Shown one piece after another: positions 42,548 through 48,886 of a stretch of DNA of 64,000 nt; the first letter of the stretch is position 1; each line of letters begins with the position of its first letter. Location: positions 18,199-82,198 of the IMG/VR virus record IMGVR_UViG_3300042453_002018; one strand, given 5' to 3'. The notes under the pieces were generated by a model, which saw only the letters and a list, made by a program, of their open reading frames with translations, searched no databases and was not told where the DNA came from. This DNA comes from a virus (Duplodnaviria; Caudoviricetes). A program made the translations under genes and the position numbers.

Positions 42548-42551
42548 ATAA

Positions 42552-42630
42552 CTGGGTGTATTGTCAGCCTGGTCAGACGGCTCGCCTTGGAAGTGAGAGG
42601 ACGCAGGTTCAAATCCTGCCACCCAGACCA
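42552..42630 (+). tRNA. tRNA-Pro(TGG)
   Basis: loop CTTGGAA; TTCAAAT; CCA. Confidence 0.88.
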
Positions 42631-42642
42631 AAAAAAAAGTAG

Positions 42643-42701
42643 TTGACAGAGTTTTGGTTGTTGTGTAGAATGATGTTTGTTGATTGATTGTTCTTTAAAA
42701 A
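42643..42701 (+). promoter_or_regulatory. sigma70 promoter followed by boxA-like antitermination site
   Basis: TTGACA-N17-TAGAAT, then TGTTCTTTAAAA (rrn boxA TGCTCTTTAACA) just before tRNA-Glu. Confidence 0.65.
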
Positions 42702-42712
42702 ATTTGTGACAT

Positions 42713-42787
42713 GCACCGTTCGTCTATCGGTTAGGACATTGCCCTTTCACGGCAGTAAGAGGAGTTCGATTCTCCTACGGTGTACCA
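42713..42787 (+). tRNA. tRNA-Glu(TTC)
   Basis: loop CTTTCAC; CCA. Confidence 0.92.
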
Positions 42788-42797
42788 ATTATAGTAT

Positions 42798-42874
42798 GGG
42801 TGTGTAACTCAGTTGGTTAGAGTATCAGACTTTTAATCTGAGAGTCGTGAGTTCGAATCTCACCACACCTACCA
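42798..42874 (+). tRNA. tRNA-Lys(TTT)
   Basis: loop CTTTTAA; CCA. Confidence 0.92.
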
Positions 42875-42937
42875 TATTGAAGCACATTGGCTTGTAAAGC
42901 GGTGAAGTATTCGTAAAGTTAGTGTGTTTCAATATGG
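42872..42937 (+). ncRNA. inter-tRNA stem-closed element 1
   Basis: CCATATTGAAGCACATT...AGTGTGTTTCAATATGG inverted ends. Confidence 0.55.
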
Positions 42938-43012
42938 CACTTTAGTTCAGTTGGTCAGAACGCTGCCCTGTCACGGCAGAGGTCAGGGATTCGAATTCCC
43001 TAAGTGTCGCCA
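42936..43012 (+). tRNA. tRNA-Asp(GTC)
   Basis: loop CTGTCAC; GCCA. Confidence 0.92.
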
Positions 43013-43018
43013 GAATAT

Positions 43019-43094
43019 TGACCGAAACGCACAACGGTGTGCGGCCAGACTGTTAATCTGTGTGAGACAGGTTCGATCCCTGTTCGGTCAGCCA
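43019..43094 (+). tRNA. tRNA-Asn(GTT)
   Basis: loop CTGTTAA; GCCA. Confidence 0.85.
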
Positions 43095-43095
43095 A

Positions 43096-43279
43096 GTTCC
43101 GGTTACTACTTTCCTGAAAGTAGCGTGTAACGACGATAATTGTTCGGTGGCTATGGCACCGTTAGCGCAGTCGAATGCAGACAACATAGCAGCGTGGACA
43201 CTACGTAGCAAAGTGCTTTTAGTGTTCGGACAGGGAAACAACTCCAGCATAGGGGCGACCGTGGAAAGCGTGGCCTAAG
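43096..43279 (+). ncRNA. unidentified structured RNA in tRNA array
   Basis: GC-richer non-coding stretch with several hairpins (CTACTTT/AAAGTAG, CGGTG/CACCG, GGACACTA/TAGTGTTC). Confidence 0.45.
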
Positions 43280-43407
43280 CAATATTAAATTTGCAGTTTG
43301 TAAGCCATGGGCTTGATCATGCCTGAGTAACTATGTACACACACGGTAAGTCCAGCTGGCAATTCCGTTGAGCATAGCAAATAGTGCAGACTGCAATTCT
43401 AATATTG
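43280..43407 (+). ncRNA. unidentified stem-closed RNA in tRNA array
   Basis: CAATATTA..TTGCAGTTTGTA pairs TGCAGACTGCAA..TAATATTG. Confidence 0.5.
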
Positions 43408-43408
43408 T

Positions 43409-43482
43409 TGGGGATTGGTGAAATGGTATCACACTGGATTTTGATTCCAAGGTCGTAAGTTCGATTCTTACATCCCCTGCCA
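43409..43482 (+). tRNA. tRNA-Gln(TTG)
   Basis: loop TTTTGAT; GCCA. Confidence 0.88.
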
Positions 43483-43489
43483 GTATTAT

Positions 43490-43573
43490 GGGTAACGAGC
43501 AGCATTGGTGACTGCACCTGACTGTAAATCAGACGCTTCGGCATACTTGGTTCGACTCCGAGGTTACCCACCA
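43490..43573 (+). tRNA. tRNA-Tyr(GTA)
   Basis: loop CTGTAAA; variable arm; CCA. Confidence 0.9.
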
Positions 43574-43574
43574 A

Positions 43575-43650
43575 CGGTCTTTAGTAAAATGGATTATTAC
43601 GGTGGGCTACGGACCCGCAGGTGGGAGTTCGATTCTCTCAAGACCGTCCA
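43575..43650 (+). tRNA. tRNA-Arg(ACG)
   Basis: loop CTACGGA; CCA. Confidence 0.88.
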
Positions 43651-43724
43651 TATTGAAGTGTACTCTTTGAGGTCTTGGTCGTTACCAGCGTAGCAAAAAC
43701 GGCGACAGAGTACACTTCAATGTG
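43649..43724 (+). ncRNA. inter-tRNA stem-closed element 2
   Basis: CATATTGAAGTGTACTCT...AGAGTACACTTCAATGTG, 18-bp stem. Confidence 0.55.
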
Positions 43725-43729
43725 AGAGT

Positions 43730-43826
43730 CCATATTGAAGTGTTGTTTAGGGTGGCATGTAAAAGTTTAACAAGACTTTGAGGGCTGGAATTCCCGATCT
43801 GTGAACAGCAGAACACTTCAATATGG
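43730..43826 (+). ncRNA. inter-tRNA stem-closed element 3
   Basis: CCATATTGAAGTGTT...AACACTTCAATATGG. Confidence 0.55.
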
Positions 43827-43900
43827 GGGATTGGTGCTAATTGGGAACACATGTGCTTTGCAAGCATGAGTAAGCAGTTCGAATCTGCTATCCTCCACCA
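43825..43900 (+). tRNA. tRNA-Ala(TGC)
   Basis: loop TTTGCAA; G3:U70; CCA. Confidence 0.92.
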
Positions 43901-43910
43901 AAGTTTTATT

Positions 43911-43986
43911 GCCGATTTAGCTCATCTGGTAGAGCAGGCGCCTTGTAAGCGTCAGGTGGTGGGTTCAAGTCCTGCAATCGGCACCA
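43911..43986 (+). tRNA. tRNA-Thr(TGT)
   Basis: loop CTTGTAA; CCA. Confidence 0.92.
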
Positions 43987-43992
43987 GACTAT

Positions 43993-44068
43993 CGCAGAGT
44001 ATGGAAGTGGTCATCCGCTTGGTCTCATAAGCCGAGAATCGCAGGTTCGAATCCTGCCTCTGCAACCA
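43993..44068 (+). tRNA. initiator-like tRNA-fMet(CAT)
   Basis: C1:A72 mismatch; loop CTCATAA; CCA. Confidence 0.85.
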
Positions 44069-44081
44069 TTATAGGTGAATC

Positions 44082-44549
44082 ATGAAAAAAGAAATTGATG
44101 TGAACGAAGTGGCTGCATTTCTTGATACGTGTGGTCCTGATACGAAAGTTTATATTGGTGCTGATTCTGAGCGTTTTCAAGTAAACGGTGAATGGTATGC
44201 TGATTACATTCTTGCTGTTGTTGTTCATATCGATGGTCGTCATGGTTGCAAGATATTTGGTGCAGTCCAGCGTGAGCGTGATTTTGAACAAAAGAAAAAT
44301 CGTCCACGTTTTCGTTTGATGAATGAAGTATACAAAGTAGCTGATTTATATTTGAAATTGTATGAAGCAATACCACATGATATTCAAGTGCATTTAGATA
44401 TTAATCCAAGTGAGATGCATGGTAGTTCGTGCGTAGTAAACGAAGCAATTGGTTATATCAAAGGTACTTGTAATGTCGTACCATTGATCAAGCCAAAAGC
44501 TTTTGCTGCAAGTTATGCAGCCGATAGATTTAAAAGTTTAGTAGCGTAA
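44082..44549 (+). CDS. RNase H-like YkuK-family protein
   Basis: VYIGADS, RLMNEV, VHLDIN, AASYAAD; inside tRNA array. Confidence 0.75.
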   Translation: MKKEIDVNEVAAFLDTCGPDTKVYIGADSERFQVNGEWYADYILAVVVHIDGRHGCKIFGAVQRERDFEQKKNRPRFRLMNEVYKVADLYLKLYEAIPHDIQVHLDINPSEMHGSSCVVNEAIGYIKGTCNVVPLIKPKAFAASYAADRFKSLVA

Positions 44550-44550
44550 T

Positions 44551-44624
44551 CTCGGTGTAGTTTAATGGCAGAACCACGGTCTCCAAAACCGTATGTGGGA
44601 GTTCGATTCTCTCCACCGAGGCCA
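44551..44624 (+). tRNA. tRNA-Trp(CCA)
   Basis: loop CTCCAAA; GCCA. Confidence 0.9.
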
Positions 44625-44626
44625 AT

Positions 44627-44701
44627 GGTGTCTATGGTGTAGTGGTAGCATTACTCTCTGTGAAAGAGTAGGTACGGGGTCGGTACCCGTTAGACACCCC
44701 A
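44627..44701 (+). tRNA. tRNA-His(GTG), atypical T-loop
   Basis: G-1:C73; loop CTGTGAA; T-loop GTCGGTA. Confidence 0.8.
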
Positions 44702-44705
44702 ATTT

Positions 44706-44779
44706 TGTCCTGTAGTTAAATGGTATAACTGTCGATTGATAATCGACCATTACAAGTTCAATTCTTGTCGGGACAACCA
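44706..44779 (+). tRNA. tRNA-Ile(GAT)
   Basis: loop TTGATAA; CCA. Confidence 0.88.
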
Positions 44780-44781
44780 AT

Positions 44782-44856
44782 GGTAGTGTAGCATAACGGT
44801 AGTGCGCCACCTTCATACGGTGTCAGGTGTAAGTTCGAATCTTACCACTACTACCA
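44782..44856 (+). tRNA. tRNA-Met(CAT)
   Basis: loop TTCATAC; CCA. Confidence 0.85.
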
Positions 44857-44857
44857 T

Positions 44858-44933
44858 GCGCTGGTGACGGAACGGTATACGTGTTGGTCTTAGAAACCAA
44901 ATTTTGAGAGTTCGAATCTCTCCTAGCGCACCA
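44858..44933 (+). tRNA. tRNA-Leu(TAG), short variable arm
   Basis: loop CTTAGAA; 76 nt; CCA. Confidence 0.85.
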
Positions 44934-44957
44934 TATAAGTATCGCGTGTGAGGCTGT

Positions 44958-45032
44958 GCATCGTTAGTTCAGCGGTAGAATCCCTGCCTTACAAGCAGGT
45001 TGTCGGTGGTTCGAATCCATCACGATGCACCA
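44958..45032 (+). tRNA. tRNA-Val(TAC)
   Basis: loop CTTACAA; CCA. Confidence 0.92.
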
Positions 45033-45037
45033 ATTAT

Positions 45038-45115
45038 GCAACGGTGGCAGAGTGGCCCAATGCAAGAGTCTGCAAAACTCTAAAACCGTCGGTTCAAATC
45101 CGACCCGTTGCTCCA
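45038..45115 (+). tRNA. tRNA-Cys(GCA)
   Basis: loop CTGCAAA; U73 discriminator; CCA. Confidence 0.9.
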
Positions 45116-45120
45116 GTTAG

Positions 45121-45208
45121 GGAAGTGTGGATGAGTGGTTTAAATCAGCAGTCTTGAAAACTGCCGATCAGAAATGATCCGTGAGTTCGAATCTCACCGC
45201 TTCCGCCA
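45121..45208 (+). tRNA. tRNA-Ser(TGA)
   Basis: loop CTTGAAA; long variable arm; GCCA. Confidence 0.92.
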
Positions 45209-45223
45209 TTTAAAGGAAAAATT

Positions 45224-45628
45224 ATGTTAGAATGTTTAATTGTTGGTGATAGCATCGGTGTTGGTGTGAGTCAAGTTCGTAGGGAGTGTGTTGCATATGT
45301 GAAGAGTGGTATCAATTCACATAATTGGAATAAAATCTATATGAATAAACTACAACCGACAAAAACTTTGATTATCAGTCTTGGTGCAAATGATTTAGGT
45401 ATCAACACAGAAGGAAATATTCGGTCATTACGAACAAATGCACAAGCACAAAAAGTTTTTTGGCTTTTACCGAGTCAAAAATTGAAGCCAAAACAAGTAG
45501 AAGCAGTAAAACAAGTCGCAGCAGAGTTTGGAGATGTAGTAATTTCTCGACCAGAGAGTGATATTAGTGCGGATGGTGTACATCCTACTGGAAAAGGTTA
45601 CAAAAAACTTGCGGATCAGACACGGTAA
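45224..45628 (+). CDS. SGNH/GDSL hydrolase-like protein
   Basis: GDSI, SLGAND, DGVHPT..GY blocks. Confidence 0.8.
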   Translation: MLECLIVGDSIGVGVSQVRRECVAYVKSGINSHNWNKIYMNKLQPTKTLIISLGANDLGINTEGNIRSLRTNAQAQKVFWLLPSQKLKPKQVEAVKQVAAEFGDVVISRPESDISADGVHPTGKGYKKLADQTR

Positions 45629-45715
45629 GTTGGATGAGAGGCTTAAATCAGCGGTTTGCTAAACCGTCGAGCGTAGAAATACGTTCCGTGGGTTCAAATC
45701 CCACACTTACCGCCA
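45624..45715 (+). tRNA. tRNA-Ser(GCT)
   Basis: loop TTGCTAA; long variable arm; 5' end overlaps stop codon of upstream CDS. Confidence 0.9.
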
Positions 45716-45760
45716 TTATAATTGACAAAATTTGAGTTTTCTGACATAATAGAGTCTATC

Positions 45761-45922
45761 ATGAGTACGAAAAACACGAAAAAATTGCAAAAGCCGCGAA
45801 ATTTTGTCGCAAAAGACTTATTCACACCGAAATATCGGATGAAAATTGAACATTCTGCGATAAATTTTTACAGTCGAGCAGCCGAAAAACAAAATTTACG
45901 GAAAAACTATGCCTTCTTCTGA
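45761..45922 (+). CDS. small basic protein, weakly ArfA-like
   Basis: RNFVAKDLFTPKYRMKIE...YSR; behind promoter at 45722. Confidence 0.5.
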   Translation: MSTKNTKKLQKPRNFVAKDLFTPKYRMKIEHSAINFYSRAAEKQNLRKNYAFF

Positions 45923-46343
45923 TGAAAAGTTGCAAAAAGCTGAAGCCGAAAGTGTAAACGGCGATGAAATGAGTAAATTTGATGGTTTTTACTTTGTTCC
46001 TGACTATGATGACTTTGAGGAAAACTATAAATTAGCGTTTTTTAACTTTAAAGAAGAATGGACACAAGCGGAACCGATTGAAAAGTCTGAAATGGGCTAC
46101 AAATATCATATGGCATTTTTTAAAGAGAACGAAGAAGGTATGCCTGAGTTTGAAGATGCGTTTGAAGCCATTTTAGTTGATCCTTTAGTGTATATAAAAA
46201 ATCTAGTGGGTTCAGGAATATCAGGTTGTATCGTCAAAAAGACTGAGCAGTCAGATAATTGGTGGACTGAGTATCTTGATTTCATTACAAATGGTACATT
46301 CAAGAAAAAAGTCAATGAAGCGTTAAAATCTTTAGCGGAGTAA
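45909..46343 (+). CDS. hypothetical protein
   Basis: ORF track. Confidence 0.5.
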   Translation: MPSSDEKLQKAEAESVNGDEMSKFDGFYFVPDYDDFEENYKLAFFNFKEEWTQAEPIEKSEMGYKYHMAFFKENEEGMPEFEDAFEAILVDPLVYIKNLVGSGISGCIVKKTEQSDNWWTEYLDFITNGTFKKKVNEALKSLAE

Positions 46344-46346
46344 ATT

Positions 46347-46640
46347 ATGAATCCAAATGTTTTTTCAGGTAATACAGAAGATGCAAGAATTGGTCGTGAA
46401 TGGCTGATTGGTCTTTTAGAACAGTCTCCAGTTGAAGTGATTTTCACAAAAAAAGACGGAACTGAACGTACAATGAAATGTACATTGATGGAAAAATTTC
46501 TTCCTGAAACTGTAGGCTCAGATAGACCGAAAAATGATGAAACTCTTGCAGTTTATGATTTAGAAAAAGAAGGTTGGCGTTCTTTTCGTTGGGATTCAAT
46601 TAAAGAAGTTCATTTTTCATTGGGGAGTGAAAATGCCTAA
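46347..46640 (+). CDS. SH3/WYL-like beta-barrel protein
   Basis: FTKKDGTERTMKCT...VYDLEKEGWRSFR. Confidence 0.7.
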   Translation: MNPNVFSGNTEDARIGREWLIGLLEQSPVEVIFTKKDGTERTMKCTLMEKFLPETVGSDRPKNDETLAVYDLEKEGWRSFRWDSIKEVHFSLGSENA

Positions 46641-46930
46641 GTATATTGTTGAACAATTGTCCGTTTTTCGAAATGTTTATGTCATTGAAGCCGATTCTGA
46701 AGAAGAAGCAGTAAAAATTTCTGAGTATGCTGATGACAATTGGCAAGAATGGCTCGGATGCATGAAAGTTGATATCAATGAATACACCGATGAACGAATT
46801 GCATACTTCAAAGACAAAGATTATTTTTGGGCTGGCGTAACATACAAAGACAAAGATGGATATATTGCATATCATCATCCATCAGGTGAAGATGTAGAAC
46901 GCAAAGAAATCCTTATCAAGTAAATCAAAC

Positions 46931-47004
46931 GCGGGATTAGTTTAATGGTAAAACGTGAGCCTTCCAAGCTCCTGTTATCAGTTCGATTCTGATATCCCGC
47001 TCCA
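46931..47004 (+). tRNA. tRNA-Gly(TCC)
   Basis: GCGGG start; loop CTTCCAA; TCCA. Confidence 0.92.
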
Positions 47005-47017
47005 CATTTTTTTTATT

Positions 47018-47209
47018 ATGTCAAAAACTTGGACCTTAGAAGTACAACAACACGAAGACGGCGAATACTTTATTGAATTTCCTGATGAAGTATTACAAGA
47101 AGCTGGCTGGAAAGAAGGTGATGTTATTGATTGGTCAGATAATGGTGATGGTTCATGGACGCTGAAAAAATTAGATAAAAATCAAGAAAATACTGAGAAA
47201 AAAGAGTAG
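47018..47209 (+). CDS. AbrB/MazE-like small protein
   Basis: IEFPDEVLQEAGWKEGDVIDW. Confidence 0.6.
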   Translation: MSKTWTLEVQQHEDGEYFIEFPDEVLQEAGWKEGDVIDWSDNGDGSWTLKKLDKNQENTEKKE

Positions 47210-47252
47210 TGGCTTTGTGTAAATAAGAAGTTATCATTTTATAGGAGATGTT

Positions 47253-47687
47253 ATGAGTTTGAAGGGTACAAAAACCGCAGAATGCTTGAAAGAAGCTTTT
47301 GCTGGAGAATCTATGGCAAACCGTCGTTATCTGTATTTCGCAAATCAATGTGATATCGCAGGTGAAAACGATCTTGCTGCATTATTCCGTTCTACTGCTG
47401 AAGGCGAAACAGGACATGCACACGGTCACATGGAATATCTCATTGAAGGCGGTGCGGGTGAGCCAGGCACAAATATGCCAGCAAAGTCTGCTAGAGAAAT
47501 GTTAGAAGCAGCAATTCATGGTGAAACACACGAATATTCTGACATGTATCCTGGTATGGCAAAAATTGCCCGCGATGAAGGTTTTGATGAAGTAGCAGAT
47601 TGGTTTGAGACACTTGCGAAAGCAGAACGGTCACATGCTAATCGTTATCAAAAAGCGTTGGACAAACATTTAGCAGAAAATAACTAA
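47253..47687 (+). CDS. rubrerythrin (short, no rubredoxin domain)
   Basis: [36 protein letters not shown]. Confidence 0.92.
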   Translation: MSLKGTKTAECLKEAFAGESMANRRYLYFANQCDIAGENDLAALFRSTAEGETGHAHGHMEYLIEGGAGEPGTNMPAKSAREMLEAAIHGETHEYSDMYPGMAKIARDEGFDEVADWFETLAKAERSHANRYQKALDKHLAENN

Positions 47688-47701
47688 CTAAGGAGAAAAA
47701 A

Positions 47702-47776
47702 ATGAAGTGGACTACACCATCAGCACAAGATATGCGTTTCGGTTTTGAAATCACAATGTATATTGCAAATCGTTAA
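47702..47776 (+). CDS. pqqA: PQQ precursor peptide MKWTTPSAQDMRFGFEITMYIANR (not in ORF track)
   Basis: 24 aa with W-x-x-P, R-x-G-F-E-x-x-x-Y and NR end, the PqqA pattern; AAGGAG RBS. Confidence 0.92.
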   Translation: MKWTTPSAQDMRFGFEITMYIANR

Positions 47777-47787
47777 TTAGTAAAAAT

Positions 47788-47814
47788 AAAAGCGGCTACC
47801 AAGCCGCTTTTTTT
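47788..47814. terminator. bidirectional intrinsic terminator
   Basis: AAAAGCGGCT-acca-AGCCGCTTTTTTT between convergent genes. Confidence 0.8.
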
Positions 47815-47970
47815 CTATCACGCACCGCATTGATTCTAAAGTAAGAATCATCTTTTTTGTTTTTTAATGCAGCATTGGTTTGAGTTGCTAGCCTACTATC
47901 TCTTGTCATGAGAATTAGATTATTACCTTTGTTCGTAAAAACAAAGTAAAATAGTTCACCATCAATAAAC

Positions 47971-48765
47971 TCAAGTTTCAGCATCATCGTAAGGTTTTCG
48001 TATTTCACAGTCAACCCATTTCAAATTGCTATAATGTTCGTAAGGCCATGTGCCTTTTGGTATGAGACAGTCTCCTAATTCAGGATGATTTTCAATTCTT
48101 ATTTGTACAACTGCCCATATTAGCCATACCATGTAAACGGTAAATATAAAAGTCAGCCCATATTTCCATGCGTTGCATTTTATGTGGTTTATTCTTTTTC
48201 TTTTTTTAATTGCGGAAATTCTATCATCTTCTTTTTTTCTAGACCATGCAGACGCTTGTTGCTTTTTCATTTTTTCCATCATAGCGTATACGCGGGTATA
48301 CAGATCACCTAATTCTGGAGGGCAGTTGTAAACCATAAGTTCACGAAGTTCTGCTTCCATGGCAGCCAATCTGCTTTCCATAAGAACACGCTGCAATGCT
48401 CTTTTGCCTAAACTAGTTTCTCCTGTGTAGACTTCGTTATCATGTTTTGCTTCCTCTTCAAAAATAGCAGAACATTTTGCATAGTTTTCAAAGTAAACGC
48501 CCAGTTCCTCACCTATCTGAGTGTAGATATCATTGGGTTGTTTTTTGCTTAGTTCAATTACGCGGTTTTTTTCTGCTATGTACTGATTTTTCTCAGCAAC
48601 AGTAGGAGGCTTGTCTTTATGACGAGAATTGAATTGTTCTTCTAAATCAGATAAAACACCTTTTACATCACCAGCGGCACTTGCAATTTCTTTGTATAAC
48701 TCACAGCCTTTTTTTACCGCTTGGACTGCACCATTTGCCAAGGCAAAAAGTGTAAACGGATCCAT
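47971..48765 (-). CDS. coiled-coil membrane protein (rare minus-strand gene)
   Basis: MDPFTLFALA start, helical body, C-terminal TM. Confidence 0.6.
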   Translation of the reverse strand: MDPFTLFALANGAVQAVKKGCELYKEIASAAGDVKGVLSDLEEQFNSRHKDKPPTVAEKNQYIAEKNRVIELSKKQPNDIYTQIGEELGVYFENYAKCSAIFEEEAKHDNEVYTGETSLGKRALQRVLMESRLAAMEAELRELMVYNCPPELGDLYTRVYAMMEKMKKQQASAWSRKKEDDRISAIKKRKRINHIKCNAWKYGLTFIFTVYMVWLIWAVVQIRIENHPELGDCLIPKGTWPYEHYSNLKWVDCEIRKPYDDAET

Positions 48766-48886
48766 TTGTCTTTTTCGTAACCTTTCATGGAAGAAACATA
48801 CTTTGATTCAAAAAAGACAATCTTGACAATCACGGTATATTTATGCTATACTGCAATTTAGTGAATAAATACATGGTGGAGACATT

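Noticed and set aside
42872-43826. CRISPR array (ATTGAA/TTCAAT resemble repeat ends)
   Set aside because: Units are inverted-repeat stems at irregular spacing between tRNAs, not direct repeats with uniform spacers; no cas genes. The 59324 nuclease is a standard T4-like exonuclease
42452-45157. ORF-track ORFs overlapping the tRNA array (42452, 42924, 43053, 43317, 43505, 43682, 44562, 44948)
   Set aside because: Shadows of tRNA/ncRNA sequence with no RBS or protein motifs
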